In this document: piece after piece, positions 1-9,344 of the stretch | Position numbering within the stretch: the first letter of the stretch is position 1 | Layout: each line of letters starts with the position of its first letter | Assembly: GCA_047602405.1 (NCBI GenBank) | Contig: JASGHJ010000002.1 | Span: 2,816,001 to 2,880,000, forward strand | DNA: 64,000 bases | Reading direction: 5' to 3' | Origin: Anaeromyxobacteraceae bacterium | GTDB taxonomy: Bacteria; Myxococcota; Myxococcia; Myxococcales; Anaeromyxobacteraceae | The notes under the pieces: generated by a model | What the model was told of the DNA's origin: nothing | Database searches by the model: none | The model's input: only the letters and a program-made list of their open reading frames with translations | Program-made: the position numbers and the translations under genes

Positions 1-1
1 C

Positions 2-292
2 TACCTCGCCGGCCGGCCGCGCACGTGGTCGAGCGAGATCGCGGGCGACCACGGGCTCCAGTACCGGTACGGGTTCGAGCCGGCGGAGCTCGCCGGGCGC
101 ACCGGGCTCGTCGTCCGGGACCTGCGCGAGAAGGATACCTGCAGGCGCCTCGCGGAGGCGTGCACGGTCCTCGCGCCGCTCCCCTCGCTCGTCCCGCTCC
201 GCGGGCAGGCGCCGGTGACGACCTTCGAGCTGTACCGCTGCGAGGGCTACCGGGGGCCGCCCCCGCGGGCCGGCGCGGCGAAGCCGGACTGA
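2..292 (+). CDS. 3' end of a gene running in from the left edge, possibly a GT39/ArnT-like membrane glycosyltransferase C-terminus
   Basis: Open frame YLAGRPRTWSSEIAGDHGLQYRY...FELYRCEGY ending in TGA at 290-292, with GC3-rich codons. The family is a guess from resemblance. Confidence 0.5.
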   Translation, partial: YLAGRPRTWSSEIAGDHGLQYRYGFEPAELAGRTGLVVRDLREKDTCRRLAEACTVLAPLPSLVPLRGQAPVTTFELYRCEGYRGPPPRAGAAKPD

Positions 293-313
293 GCCACCGC
301 CGGCGCTCCGGGC

Positions 314-1213
314 CTACCGACGACGGCCGCGCCCGCGCCCGCACGCCTCGACGAGCGGGCAGGCGGCGCAGCGCTCGGGCGAGCGGCGGGCCGGGCACTG
401 GCCGCTCATGCCGAGGTGGCAGAGGGCGAAGTCGAACCGCACCGGGTCGTCGGGGTCGAGGCGCCGGAGCCCGCGGGTGATCTCCTCGGCGGTGCGCCAG
501 GAGGCGTCGTTCCGGCGCGTGAGGCCGAGGCAGCGCGAGACGCGGTGCACGTGCGTGTCGAGCGGGACCACCAGCGCCGCGCGCGGCACGCCGGCGTCGC
601 GCCAGGCCCCGAGGTCGACGGCGTCCGGGCCGCGGATCATCCAGCGCAGGTAGAGGTTCCAGCGCTTGGACGCGCCGGGGCCGGAGGGATCCGGGAGGAG
701 GTGCCGCAGGCCCCGGCGGGGCCGGCGGGCGGCGGCGAGGATCGCGGAGACCTGCGGCGCGTCCCGGAGCTCCGCGGCGAACGCCGCGAGGGCCGGGCGG
801 AGCGCCCCGGGGCCGCCGCCGTGCGCCCGGAACAGCGCGGCGAAGCGCGCGCCCAGGGAGCCGTGGCGGAGCCGCTGCTCGCCGATCGCGGCCGCGAGCG
901 CGGCGAGGTCGGGGGGCCGGTTGAAGCGGTAGAGGAAGCCGTCGAACGCCCGGCGGTCCGGGGTCCGGGCGAAGGACTCGGTGAACGCGGCCGGCGAGGG
1001 TCCCATCCGCTCGAGGACACCGGCGACGATGGGCTTGAACACGTCCGCGCGGCCGTAGGCGAGCGAGACCGCGACGAGCGCCGCGACCTCCTGGTCGTCG
1101 GCGCTCGCATAGCGGCGGGGAAGCTCGACCGGGTCCGCGGCGAGCCGCGCGGACCGGTCGAGCGTCGCGTCCAGGCGGTCGAGGAGGGGGCGGAGCGCGG
1201 CGATCGGACTCAA
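314..1213 (-). CDS. TIGR02757/DUF2400 family protein (HhH-GPD-like)
   Basis: Motifs DPVELPRRY, LAYGR, SKRWNLYLRWMIR, PLDTHVHR, DPVRFDFALCHLG and a C-terminal Cys cluster. TTG start at 1213. Confidence 0.85.
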   Translation of the reverse strand: MSPIAALRPLLDRLDATLDRSARLAADPVELPRRYASADDQEVAALVAVSLAYGRADVFKPIVAGVLERMGPSPAAFTESFARTPDRRAFDGFLYRFNRPPDLAALAAAIGEQRLRHGSLGARFAALFRAHGGGPGALRPALAAFAAELRDAPQVSAILAAARRPRRGLRHLLPDPSGPGASKRWNLYLRWMIRGPDAVDLGAWRDAGVPRAALVVPLDTHVHRVSRCLGLTRRNDASWRTAEEITRGLRRLDPDDPVRFDFALCHLGMSGQCPARRSPERCAACPLVEACGRGRGRRR

Positions 1214-1220
1214 CGGTCCG

Positions 1221-1263
1221 CCCCCCTCACCCTTTTCCCCCCGGCGCCGCCGGGGAGAGGGGG
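1221..1263. repeat. REP-like palindromic element, family 2 (CCCCTCACCC...GGGAGAGGG)
   Basis: Similar to the copy at 50640-50684 and forms a hairpin. Confidence 0.6.
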
Positions 1264-1293
1264 CGATGGGGCTCCGGACGGAGGAGGCCAACC

Positions 1294-2412
1294 CTACCCC
1301 TTCTTCGACGCCTTCCACGCCGCGAGCACGGCGGCCTCGCGGTCGGGGGGGAGGCCGGCCTTCATCGGCGCGTTGCGGCGCTGCTCGGGCTCCTTCTTCC
1401 ACCACGCGAGCGTGTCGCGGGCGGTGTCGGCGAGCGGGCGGCACTTCAGCCCCTTCGCGATCGCCCGGGCGTTCGAGACGGCCATGCCGCCCGACTCCGG
1501 CCCCTTCGGGATCCAGCTCGGCATGTCGCTCCAGGCCTGGACCTTCTGCGCCTCGAGGAACGCCGCGGGCACCCAGGTCACGGTCGCCTTCGAGCCGACC
1601 CCCTTCGCGGTCGCCTCGACGAGGCCGCGCATGGTCAGCGGCTTCTCCGGGCCGGCGGCGTTGAAGATGCCGGGGGTGTTCGTCTCCACGAGGCCGATCA
1701 TGAACGCCGCGAGGTCGCGCACGTCGATGACCTGCGAGCGGTCCTCGCCGTCGCCGGGCGCGAGCACCTCACCGCCCCTGTCGAGCCGCACCGGCCAGTA
1801 GGTGTAGCGGTCGGTCGGATCGTCCGGGCCGACGATGAGCGTCGGCCGCACGACGGTGGTCTTCCCGGGCATGGCCGCCTCGGCCGCCTTCTCGCAGGCG
1901 GCCTTCAGCGCGCCGTAGTCCTGCCGGACGTTCTCGGACTTCGGGTCGGCGAGCACCTGCACGGCGGCGGTCTCGTCGGCGCCTGCGGGCACGTCGTCCG
2001 GATAGACCGAGATCGAGGAGACGAACATGTACTGCCCGACGTTCGGCGCGAGGAGCTCGGCCGACATCTTCACGATGCGCGGCACGTAGCCGGAGTCGTC
2101 GATGACGGCGTCCCACTTCCTGCCCTTCAGGGCGTCGAGCTTCCCGTCGCGGTCGCCCTGCAGCTTCTCGAGCTCCGGGAAGAGGTGCGGGTTCGTCTTG
2201 CCGCGGTTGAAGAGCGTCACGGTGTGGCCGTGCGCACGCGCCGCCTCCACGAGCGCGGGGCCGAGGAACTTCGTGCCGCCGAGGATCAGGATCTTCTTCG
2301 GCGCGGGCTTGGCCGTCGCGGCCTTCGAGTCGCCGCGGGCGGCGCGGGGCAGCGCGGCGGCGGCCGCCGCGGCGGCGGTCGTCGCGAGGAACTTCCTGCG
2401 GGTCACGGCCAT
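1294..2412 (-). CDS. NAD-dependent epimerase/dehydratase (atypical SDR) with Tat signal
   Basis: TRRKFL twin-arginine motif, Rossmann ILILGGTKFLG and YGALK motif. Confidence 0.9.
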   Translation of the reverse strand: MAVTRRKFLATTAAAAAAAALPRAARGDSKAATAKPAPKKILILGGTKFLGPALVEAARAHGHTVTLFNRGKTNPHLFPELEKLQGDRDGKLDALKGRKWDAVIDDSGYVPRIVKMSAELLAPNVGQYMFVSSISVYPDDVPAGADETAAVQVLADPKSENVRQDYGALKAACEKAAEAAMPGKTTVVRPTLIVGPDDPTDRYTYWPVRLDRGGEVLAPGDGEDRSQVIDVRDLAAFMIGLVETNTPGIFNAAGPEKPLTMRGLVEATAKGVGSKATVTWVPAAFLEAQKVQAWSDMPSWIPKGPESGGMAVSNARAIAKGLKCRPLADTARDTLAWWKKEPEQRRNAPMKAGLPPDREAAVLAAWKASKKG

Positions 2413-2440
2413 GGTCTCTCCTCCTCGGTGAAGCGGCCGC

Positions 2441-3361
2441 CTACTCGACGGCGGCCGCGATCTTCTTCAAGAGCGCCCGGTCCGGCAGCGGCCCCGTGCC
2501 CGCCTCGACGTTCTCCTCGAGGTGGCGGGGCTTCGCCGTCGCCGGGATGACGCAGGTCACCGCCGGGTGGGCGAGGATGAACTTCAGGAACACCTGGCTC
2601 CAGCTCGTGCAGCCGAGCCCCTCGGCCCAGTCCGGGAGCGGCTTCCCCCGCACGCGCGCGAAGAGCGCGCCCTCCTCGAAGGGCCGGTTCACGAGCACCG
2701 CGGTCCCGGTGTCGGCCGCCGCGGGCAACAGCCGCGCCTCCGCCCCGCGCACCGCCGCCGAGTACGGCAGCTGCACGAAGTCGACCTCTTCGGTGCGCAT
2801 GAGCTTCTCGATGTCCGCGAAGGCGGAGCTCGTGTAGTGCGTGATGCCGACGTACCGGACGAGGCCGGCCTTCTTGCGGTCGCGCAGGGTGGCGAGGTGG
2901 TGCTCCCAGTCCAGCAGGTTGTGCACCTGCCCGAGGTCGAGCGTGCGGACCCGGAGCTTCTTCATCGAGTCGGCGAGCTGCGCCTCGCCCTCGGCCTTGC
3001 CGCGGGTCCAGATCTTCGTCGCGACGAACGGGTGGCGCGCCTTCACGGCGGCGAGGAGGTCGCCCACGACCTCCTCGGACGTGCCGTACATCGGCGAGGA
3101 GTCGATGACCCGGCCGCCGGCCGCGAGGAACGTCTCGAGCACCTCGGCGAGCGGGGCCCGGGCGTTCGCGTCGCCGCCCACGTCGAACGTCTGCCAGGTG
3201 CCGAGCCCGATGACCGGGAGGGCCTCGCCGCTCCGGGGGATCTTGCGCGTCAGCATGCGGTCCGGTTCATACGACGGACGGGCGGCCCGTGCACGCGGGC
3301 CGATCGCCGCGAGCCCCGCCGCGGCGGCCGTCCCCGCCACGAACCGGCGCCGGCCGATCAC
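2441..3361 (-). CDS. Aldo/keto reductase with Tat signal
   Basis: GRRRFV signal, then IGLGTWQTF, IDSSPMYG, ATK, VIPAT. The GTG start overlaps the upstream stop (GTGA). Confidence 0.9.
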   Translation of the reverse strand: MIGRRRFVAGTAAAAGLAAIGPRARAARPSYEPDRMLTRKIPRSGEALPVIGLGTWQTFDVGGDANARAPLAEVLETFLAAGGRVIDSSPMYGTSEEVVGDLLAAVKARHPFVATKIWTRGKAEGEAQLADSMKKLRVRTLDLGQVHNLLDWEHHLATLRDRKKAGLVRYVGITHYTSSAFADIEKLMRTEEVDFVQLPYSAAVRGAEARLLPAAADTGTAVLVNRPFEEGALFARVRGKPLPDWAEGLGCTSWSQVFLKFILAHPAVTCVIPATAKPRHLEENVEAGTGPLPDRALLKKIAAAVE

Positions 3362-4698
3362 CGCGGGACCTCCGCGCCCCCGGGCACCGGGGCCGCGCCG
3401 GAGGCGGCCGGCGCACCCGCGCGCTCGCGGCGGGCGTGCTCGCGGGCGAGCCAGACCCCGACGAAGATGGACGCCACCGCGAAGGGCACCGCCGAGAGCG
3501 CGAGCGCGGACGCGGAGAGCCCGGCCGCCTTCAGCCCCTCGAACGCCCAGCCGCCCAGGGTGTCGCCGCCGCGGTAGACGACGGTGTCGACGAAGCTCTT
3601 CGCCTTGTACTTCTCGTCGCGGGACACGACCGTGTAGAGCACGTCGCGCGCCGGGCGCTGGAAGGCGAACTCGCTGACGCGCCGGAGCCCCTGGAACGCG
3701 ACGAGGCTCCACAGCCCCGGGACGAGGGCGAGCGCGAGGAAGCCGGCGGTCGTGAGGAGCGGCACCACCGTGAGCGCGGGCAGGAGGCCGAAGGTCGCGG
3801 CGATGGGCCCGGTGGCGAGCGTCTGGAAGCCGAGCGAGCCGAGCGAGACCGCGAAGTCCATCCAGGCGAAGAGCGCGGGCCGGGTCGCGGGGTCCGGGAA
3901 CGCCTGCGCGACGATGCGGGCCTGCTGGAAGTAGAGGAAGGTCGAGCCGAGCGTGAAGAGGAGCATGAGCGCGGCGGTGCCGAGGAGGTACGGCGAGCGC
4001 ACCACCGCCGCGAAGCCGGACCAGGCGCTCCCGCCCAGCGGGTCGGCGTCGCGCGCGCCGGGGGCGACGCCCCGGCCCGCAGCCCGCGCCCACGCGGCGA
4101 GCCGGGTCGCGCAGAACGCGGCGCCCGCGAGGAGCGCGACCGAGAAGAGGAGGATGTTCGCGACGCCCACCGCGTGGACGAGGGAGCCCGTGAGCGCGGA
4201 GCCCGCGAGCGCGCCGGCGCTGCCGCCCCCCGCCACGAGGCCGAAGAGCCGGCGTCCCTGCTCGCTCGTGAACAGGTCGGCCATGAGCGACCAGAAGACC
4301 GCCACCACGAACAGGTTGAAGACCGAGAGCCACGTGAAGAACGTGCGCGCGACGATCGGCTGGTGGGGGTCGATCCGGAAAGCGACGTGGAACGCGACGA
4401 GGCACGCCGCGAAGAAGGCGTAGACGATCGGCACGGCGCGGGAGCGCGGCACCCGGGCCACGAGCGCCGAGTAGACCGGCACCGCGACGAGCATGACGAG
4501 GAAGGTCGCGGTGAAGCTCCACTGCAGCTGATCGACGCCGCCGCGGATGCCCATCTCCTCGCGGATGGGCCTGAGCACGTAGAACGAGCCGATGAGGCAG
4601 AAGAAGTAGGTGAACGCCCAGCCGACCGCGGCGCCCTCGCCGGCCCGCACCTGGCCGTGCGCCCCGAGGCGAAGGCCCCCGCCGCGGCCGCGCTCCAC
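3358..4698 (-). CDS. MFS transporter of the NTP/NDP (ADP/ATP) exchanger-like family
   Basis: About 12 TM helices. Motifs YVLRPIREEMG, FWSLMADLF, RPARDVLYTVV, KYKAKSFVDTVVYRGGD. Confidence 0.85.
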   Translation of the reverse strand: MERGRGGGLRLGAHGQVRAGEGAAVGWAFTYFFCLIGSFYVLRPIREEMGIRGGVDQLQWSFTATFLVMLVAVPVYSALVARVPRSRAVPIVYAFFAACLVAFHVAFRIDPHQPIVARTFFTWLSVFNLFVVAVFWSLMADLFTSEQGRRLFGLVAGGGSAGALAGSALTGSLVHAVGVANILLFSVALLAGAAFCATRLAAWARAAGRGVAPGARDADPLGGSAWSGFAAVVRSPYLLGTAALMLLFTLGSTFLYFQQARIVAQAFPDPATRPALFAWMDFAVSLGSLGFQTLATGPIAATFGLLPALTVVPLLTTAGFLALALVPGLWSLVAFQGLRRVSEFAFQRPARDVLYTVVSRDEKYKAKSFVDTVVYRGGDTLGGWAFEGLKAAGLSASALALSAVPFAVASIFVGVWLAREHARRERAGAPAASGAAPVPGGAEVPR

Positions 4699-5205
4699 CT
4701 AGCGATCCCTCCGGACCTCTCGCACCACGTGGCGCAGCTCCGGGGCGATGAGCTTCTCCCAGGCGAGCCGCACCGCGGCGGACGAGCCCGGCATCGAGAA
4801 GACCGCCCGCCCCTCCCACACGCCGCCGACCGCGCGCGAGAGCATCGCCGCGGCGCCGATCTCGGCGTAGGAGAGCATCCGGAAGAGCTCGCCGAAGCCG
4901 TCCAGCTTCTTCTCGAGGACACCCGCGACCGCCTCGTAGGTCCGGTCGCGGCCGGTGATGCCGGTGCCGCCGTTCACGAGGACGGCGTCGGCCCCGGCGG
5001 CCTTCGCCGCCGAGAGGGCCTCGCGGATGAGCGCGGGCTCGTCCTTCACGATGCGGTAGCCGCAGACCTCGTGGCCGTCCGCGGCCACGCGCTCCCTGAG
5101 GTAGGCGCCGCTCGTGTCCTCGGCCTCGCCCCGCGTGTCGGAGGCGGTGACGACGAAGACCTTCAGCCGCTGCGGCGCTTCCTTGCGGTGCTCCTCGTGG
5201 CCCAT
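4699..5205 (-). CDS. moaB: MogA/MoaB molybdenum cofactor biosynthesis protein
   Basis: VTASDTR, DTSG, NGGTGITGRDRT, GFGELFR, MLSRA, MPGS. Confidence 0.9.
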   Translation of the reverse strand: MGHEEHRKEAPQRLKVFVVTASDTRGEAEDTSGAYLRERVAADGHEVCGYRIVKDEPALIREALSAAKAAGADAVLVNGGTGITGRDRTYEAVAGVLEKKLDGFGELFRMLSYAEIGAAAMLSRAVGGVWEGRAVFSMPGSSAAVRLAWEKLIAPELRHVVREVRRDR

Positions 5206-5217
5206 CGTGAGTCTCCT

Positions 5218-5259
5218 GCCCCTCGACTCCGCCCGCCTCTGGCGGGCTGCGCTCGGGGC
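5218..5259 (-). repeat. REP-like element, family 1 (GAGCG(T/C)AG-hairpin-GGAG(A/T)CGAGG)
   Basis: Matches copies at 7163, 14128-14384, 19680 and 28421. Confidence 0.7.
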
Positions 5260-5335
5260 GAGCGGGTCCTTGCAGGGAGCCGTGACAGCCACCTTTGTGA
5301 CTGCCCGGTCCGGCGGGCCACTCTATAACCCACCC

Positions 5336-7099
5336 ATGGCAGACAAGTTCGCCCTGGCGCGCGATCTCCGGGAGATCGGCGCCCTCCTCACGATGGAGGG
5401 CGAGAACCCGTTCAAGGTGCGGGCCTACGACCGTGGGGCCCAGGCGGTGGAAGGGCTGACCGAGGACCTCGAGCGGCTCGTCGCCGAGGACCGCCTGCTC
5501 TCGGTCTCCGGCATCGGCGAGGCGCTCGACGGGAAGATCCGGGCCTGGCTCGAGACCGGCAAGATCCCGCTCCTCGAGCGGCTGCGGGCCGCGCACCCGC
5601 CGGGCGTGGTGGCGCTCCTCCAGGTGCCCGACCTCGGGCCGAAGAAGATCGCCGCGCTCCGGGCCGAGCTCGGGGTGGCCTCGCTCCAGGACCTCGAGGC
5701 GGCGTGCCTCGCCGGGAAGGTCCGGGGCCTGAAGGGCTTCGGCGAGAAGACCGAGCAGAGGATCCTGGAGGGCCTGAAGCGGCTCAAGGAGCGGCCGGCG
5801 GAGAAGCGGATCGTGCTCGAGGAGGCGCTCGAGCTCGGCGCGGAGCTCCTCGCGCACGTGCGGGCGCACCCGGCGACGCTGCGGGCCGAGCTCGCCGGCT
5901 CCGCGCGCCGGGGCAGGGAGACCGTGGGCGACCTCGACGTCGTCGCGGCGTCCGCCGACGGCCCCGCCCTCGGGAGGCACCTCGTCGCGTTCCCGCGGGT
6001 GGCCGAGGTGCTCGGCCAGGGCGACACGAAGACCTCGGTGCGGCTCTCGACCGGCGTGCAGGTGGACCTCCGCATCGTGCCGCCGGAGGACTTCCCGACG
6101 CTGCTGCACCACCTCACCGGCTCGAAGGCCCACCACGTGAAGCTCCGCGGCCTCGCGCGCGACCGCGGGTTCACGCTGTCGGAGTGGGGGCTCTACCGGC
6201 TCGCGGACGGCGTGCCGGAGTCCGAGCTCAGGCCGGAGCACAAGGTCGCCATCGCCTCCGAGGAGGGGCTCTACGCGGCGCTCGGCCTCGCCTACGTGCC
6301 GCCCGAGCTGCGCGAGGACCAGGGCGAGCTCGAGGCGGCGGCCGGCGGGGGCCCGGGGTTGCCGAAGGACCTCGTCGCGCTCTCCGACGTGCGCGGCCTC
6401 GTGCACGCGCACACCACCTGGTCGGACGGCAAGGCCACGCTCCTCGAGATGGCCCGCGGCGCCGAGGCGCGCGGCGCGCAGTACCTCACCATCACCGATC
6501 ACTCCCGCGCGGCCGGCTACGCGGGCGGGCTCGACCGCGACCGGCTCCTCGCGCAGTGGGACGAGATCGCGGCCGTCCAGGAGCAGGTGAAGGTGAAGCT
6601 GCTGCGCGGCACCGAGGCCGACATCCTCGACGACGGCCGCATCGACGTGCCGGAGGAGCTGATCCCGCGGTTCGACGTCGTCATCGCCTCGATCCACTCG
6701 CGCATGAAGATGGACCGGGCGCAGATGACCGCGCGCCTCGTCGCCGCGATGAAGCAGCCCTTCTTCAAGATCTGGGGGCACGCGCTCGGACGGCTCCTCG
6801 GCGAGCGCGACCCGTTCGACTGCGACGCCGAGGCGGTGCTCGACGCCCTCGCGGCCTCGCGGGGCGCCATCGAGGTGAACGGCGACCCGCAGCGCATGGA
6901 GGCCGATCCGCGGATGCTCCGGATGGCCCGGGAGCGGAACATCCCGATCGTGCTGTCGGTCGACGCCCACTCGGTCCACGCCCTGGATTACTTGCCGCTC
7001 GCGGTCGTGACCGCCCGGCGCGGGTGGATCGAGCGCGGACGGGTGCTGAACACGCTCCCGGTCGAGGCGTTCCGGGCGGCGGTGAAGCCGGCGGCGTGA
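5336..7099 (+). CDS. polX: DNA polymerase X family / PHP 3'-5' exonuclease
   Basis: GENPFKVRAY, HhH motifs, AGSARR..ETVGDLD, TGSKAHH, and PHP motifs HAHTTWSDG, TDHS, DAH. Confidence 0.95.
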   Translation: MADKFALARDLREIGALLTMEGENPFKVRAYDRGAQAVEGLTEDLERLVAEDRLLSVSGIGEALDGKIRAWLETGKIPLLERLRAAHPPGVVALLQVPDLGPKKIAALRAELGVASLQDLEAACLAGKVRGLKGFGEKTEQRILEGLKRLKERPAEKRIVLEEALELGAELLAHVRAHPATLRAELAGSARRGRETVGDLDVVAASADGPALGRHLVAFPRVAEVLGQGDTKTSVRLSTGVQVDLRIVPPEDFPTLLHHLTGSKAHHVKLRGLARDRGFTLSEWGLYRLADGVPESELRPEHKVAIASEEGLYAALGLAYVPPELREDQGELEAAAGGGPGLPKDLVALSDVRGLVHAHTTWSDGKATLLEMARGAEARGAQYLTITDHSRAAGYAGGLDRDRLLAQWDEIAAVQEQVKVKLLRGTEADILDDGRIDVPEELIPRFDVVIASIHSRMKMDRAQMTARLVAAMKQPFFKIWGHALGRLLGERDPFDCDAEAVLDALAASRGAIEVNGDPQRMEADPRMLRMARERNIPIVLSVDAHSVHALDYLPLAVVTARRGWIERGRVLNTLPVEAFRAAVKPAA

Positions 7100-7119
7100 T
7101 CACCTTCGGGTGCCGGACA

Positions 7120-7206
7120 CCCCGAGCGCGCCGTCCGCACACCCCGAGCGCGTTGTCCGCACGCCCCGAGCGTAGGGGCCGCGGAGCGGCCCCGGAGACG
7201 AGGGGC
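7120..7206 (+). repeat. 22-bp tandem partial repeats leading into a family 1 REP-like element
   Basis: CCCCGAGCG at 7120, 7142 and 7164, then hairpin GGGGCCGC-GGA-GCGGCCCC. Confidence 0.7.
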
Positions 7207-7254
7207 CGCCCGTATCCTTGTGACCGGGCCGGGGGACGTCTACCCTCCCCTGGC

Positions 7255-8601
7255 TTGGACCCCGCGAAGAAGCCCACCCTGCTGACGAGGCGCGTCCAGC
7301 TCCTCGGCCTCCTCTCGATCTCGTCCGGGATGCCGCTCGGGTGGGTCTTCAACAGCCTGCAGTTCTTCCTCGTGGACCTCGGGTTCAAGCGGTCCACCAT
7401 CGGGCTCCTCTCCGGGGTCTCGATCCCGTGGACGTTCAAGTTCCTGTGGGCGCCGTTCGTCGACCGCTACGCGCTCGCCTGGCCGGGCCGGCGCCGCAGC
7501 TGGATCATCCTGGGCCAGCTCGCGCTCGCGGCGGCGTTCGGCGGCCTCGCCGCGTTCGCCTGGCGCACCCTCGCCGCGAAGCAGGCGGGGGATCCGCTCG
7601 ACGGCGTGCCGCTCCTCATCGGGCTCATCGCGGTCGGGATCGCGTTCCTCTCGGCGACGCAGGACATCGCCATCGACGCGTACGCGGTCGAGACGCTGCA
7701 CAAGGACGAGCAGGGGCCGGTCTCGGGCCTCCGCATCATGTACTACCGGCTCGGCATGCTGGTGGCGGGGGCGCTCGCGGTCTCCGCCTCCGACTGGCTC
7801 GGCTGGCCGGTGGTCTTCCTGCTCCTCGGCGTGCTGTTCGCGGCGTTCGTGGGCGTGACCCTCGCCGCGCCCGAGCCCGACGTGCCCGCCGCGCCGCCGC
7901 GCTCGCTCGGCAGCGCCGTCGTCGAGCCGTTCCGGACGTTCTTCTCCCGCTCCGACGCCATCCCCGTCGCCCTGTTCCTGATCTTCTACAAGTTCGGGGA
8001 CAACATGGGCGGGACGATGGTCAACCCGTTCCTGAAGGACCTCTGCTTCACGAACGCGGAGGCGGGGGCGGCGGTGAAGTCGATCGGGTTCGTCGCGACC
8101 ATCGTCGGCGCCGGCGTGGGCGCCGCGCTCATGAACCGGATGGGCCTCGGCCGGGCGCTCTGGATCTTCGGCGCGCTGCAGGCGGGGGCGAACGTCATCT
8201 ACTCCATCGCCGCCACCGAGCGCGGCGTGCCGCTCGCCGCCGCCCAGTGCGGCGGGCTGCCGCCGCTCGACCTCGTGACCCGCGCCTGGACCTACGTCGC
8301 GATCGCGAGCGAGTACGGCGCGCAGGGCATGGCGTCCGCCGCCCAGGGCGCGCTCCTCCTGCGCGTCTGCGACAAGCGCTACTCGGCGACCCAGTTCGCG
8401 CTGCTCTCGTCGCTCTTCGGGCTCGGCCGCTGGGCCGCGGGCCTCCCGAGCGGCTACCTCGTGGAGCAGGTGGGCTACCCGGCGTTCTTCGCGCTCTGCG
8501 CGACCGTGATGGCCGCGCCCGGGTTCGTCTTCCTGTCGCGGATCGCGCCGCTCCGGCAGCGCGAGGTGCTCACCGCGGACGCGAACCCGCCGGCGGGCTG
8601 A
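7255..8601 (+). CDS. ampG: AmpG-family muropeptide MFS permease
   Basis: SSGMPL, PWTFKFLWAPFVDR, GRRRSW, SATQDIAIDA, YKFGD, SATQFALLSS. The TTG start is approximate. Confidence 0.9.
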   Translation: MDPAKKPTLLTRRVQLLGLLSISSGMPLGWVFNSLQFFLVDLGFKRSTIGLLSGVSIPWTFKFLWAPFVDRYALAWPGRRRSWIILGQLALAAAFGGLAAFAWRTLAAKQAGDPLDGVPLLIGLIAVGIAFLSATQDIAIDAYAVETLHKDEQGPVSGLRIMYYRLGMLVAGALAVSASDWLGWPVVFLLLGVLFAAFVGVTLAAPEPDVPAAPPRSLGSAVVEPFRTFFSRSDAIPVALFLIFYKFGDNMGGTMVNPFLKDLCFTNAEAGAAVKSIGFVATIVGAGVGAALMNRMGLGRALWIFGALQAGANVIYSIAATERGVPLAAAQCGGLPPLDLVTRAWTYVAIASEYGAQGMASAAQGALLLRVCDKRYSATQFALLSSLFGLGRWAAGLPSGYLVEQVGYPAFFALCATVMAAPGFVFLSRIAPLRQREVLTADANPPAG

Positions 8602-8639
8602 CCCCCTGCGAAGCCCAGCGGAGCAGATCCGGGGAAGGG

Positions 8640-8682
8640 CCCCGCGGAGCTCCGCTCCGCGGGGAGGGGGCTACGCCCCCTC
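8640..8682. terminator. Double hairpin between convergent genes (possible bidirectional terminator or repeat)
   Basis: 11-bp stem CCCCGCGGAGC/GCTCCGCGGGG, then GAGGGGGC/GCCCCCTC. No U-tract. Confidence 0.45.
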
Positions 8683-8687
8683 GAAAC

Positions 8688-9278
8688 TCAGTACCGGTAC
8701 TCGGCCGTCGCCTGGGCCTGGAGGCCGTCGGCGGCGACCTCGCCACCTTGGTGCGCACGGGCGACGACGTAGCGGGCCTCGGCACCCAGCGCGAGGTGCT
8801 CGTCCGCCTGGTACACGAGCCCGGCGCCGGCCTGGCCGAGCGGGGCGGCGCGGGTCCACGAGGTGGAGAGGGGGCCCCTGCCGGCCACCGCCTCGACGGG
8901 GCGGACGCGCGTCACCTCGGCCCCGCCGCCGGCGAGGACGTACGGGCGCCAGCTCCCGGCCCAGAACGCCCAGCGGGCGGTCGCGGTGATCGGGAAGAGC
9001 GTGAGCGTCGCGTCGACGGGGAGCGCGGTCGCGACCGAGCTGAAGCCGCCGGGGCCGGTGAGGGACTTGCGGCCCGCGGCGAGCTCGAGCGTGAGGTGCG
9101 GCGTCACCCACCAGCCGGCGCCGGCCTCCACCGCGAAGCCCGTCCCGAAGCCGGACAGCTGGGTCGGGACGAGCGCACCCACCCGGATGGCGCCGTAGAA
9201 CGGCGAGCCGGCGCGCGCGCCGGACGGCGCGAGGGCGGCGAGGGACGCGGCGAGCGCGAGGGCGAGGCGGACGGGCAT
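8688..9278 (-). CDS. Outer-membrane beta-barrel protein (OmpW/OMP_b-brl-like)
   Basis: Signal peptide, RPYVLAGGG strand and a C-terminal aromatic (EYRY). Confidence 0.75.
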   Translation of the reverse strand: MPVRLALALAASLAALAPSGARAGSPFYGAIRVGALVPTQLSGFGTGFAVEAGAGWWVTPHLTLELAAGRKSLTGPGGFSSVATALPVDATLTLFPITATARWAFWAGSWRPYVLAGGGAEVTRVRPVEAVAGRGPLSTSWTRAAPLGQAGAGLVYQADEHLALGAEARYVVARAHQGGEVAADGLQAQATAEYRY

Positions 9279-9344
9279 GGCGAGCATCCTCGCCGCGGGT
9301 CGGCCCGCGCGCAAGCGCGGTGCGCGCTCGCCGGCCGGGAGCGC

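Noticed and set aside
2441..6979. 1512-aa ORF
   Set aside because: Only the last ~306 aa (the aldo/keto reductase) are real. The rest overlaps other genes.
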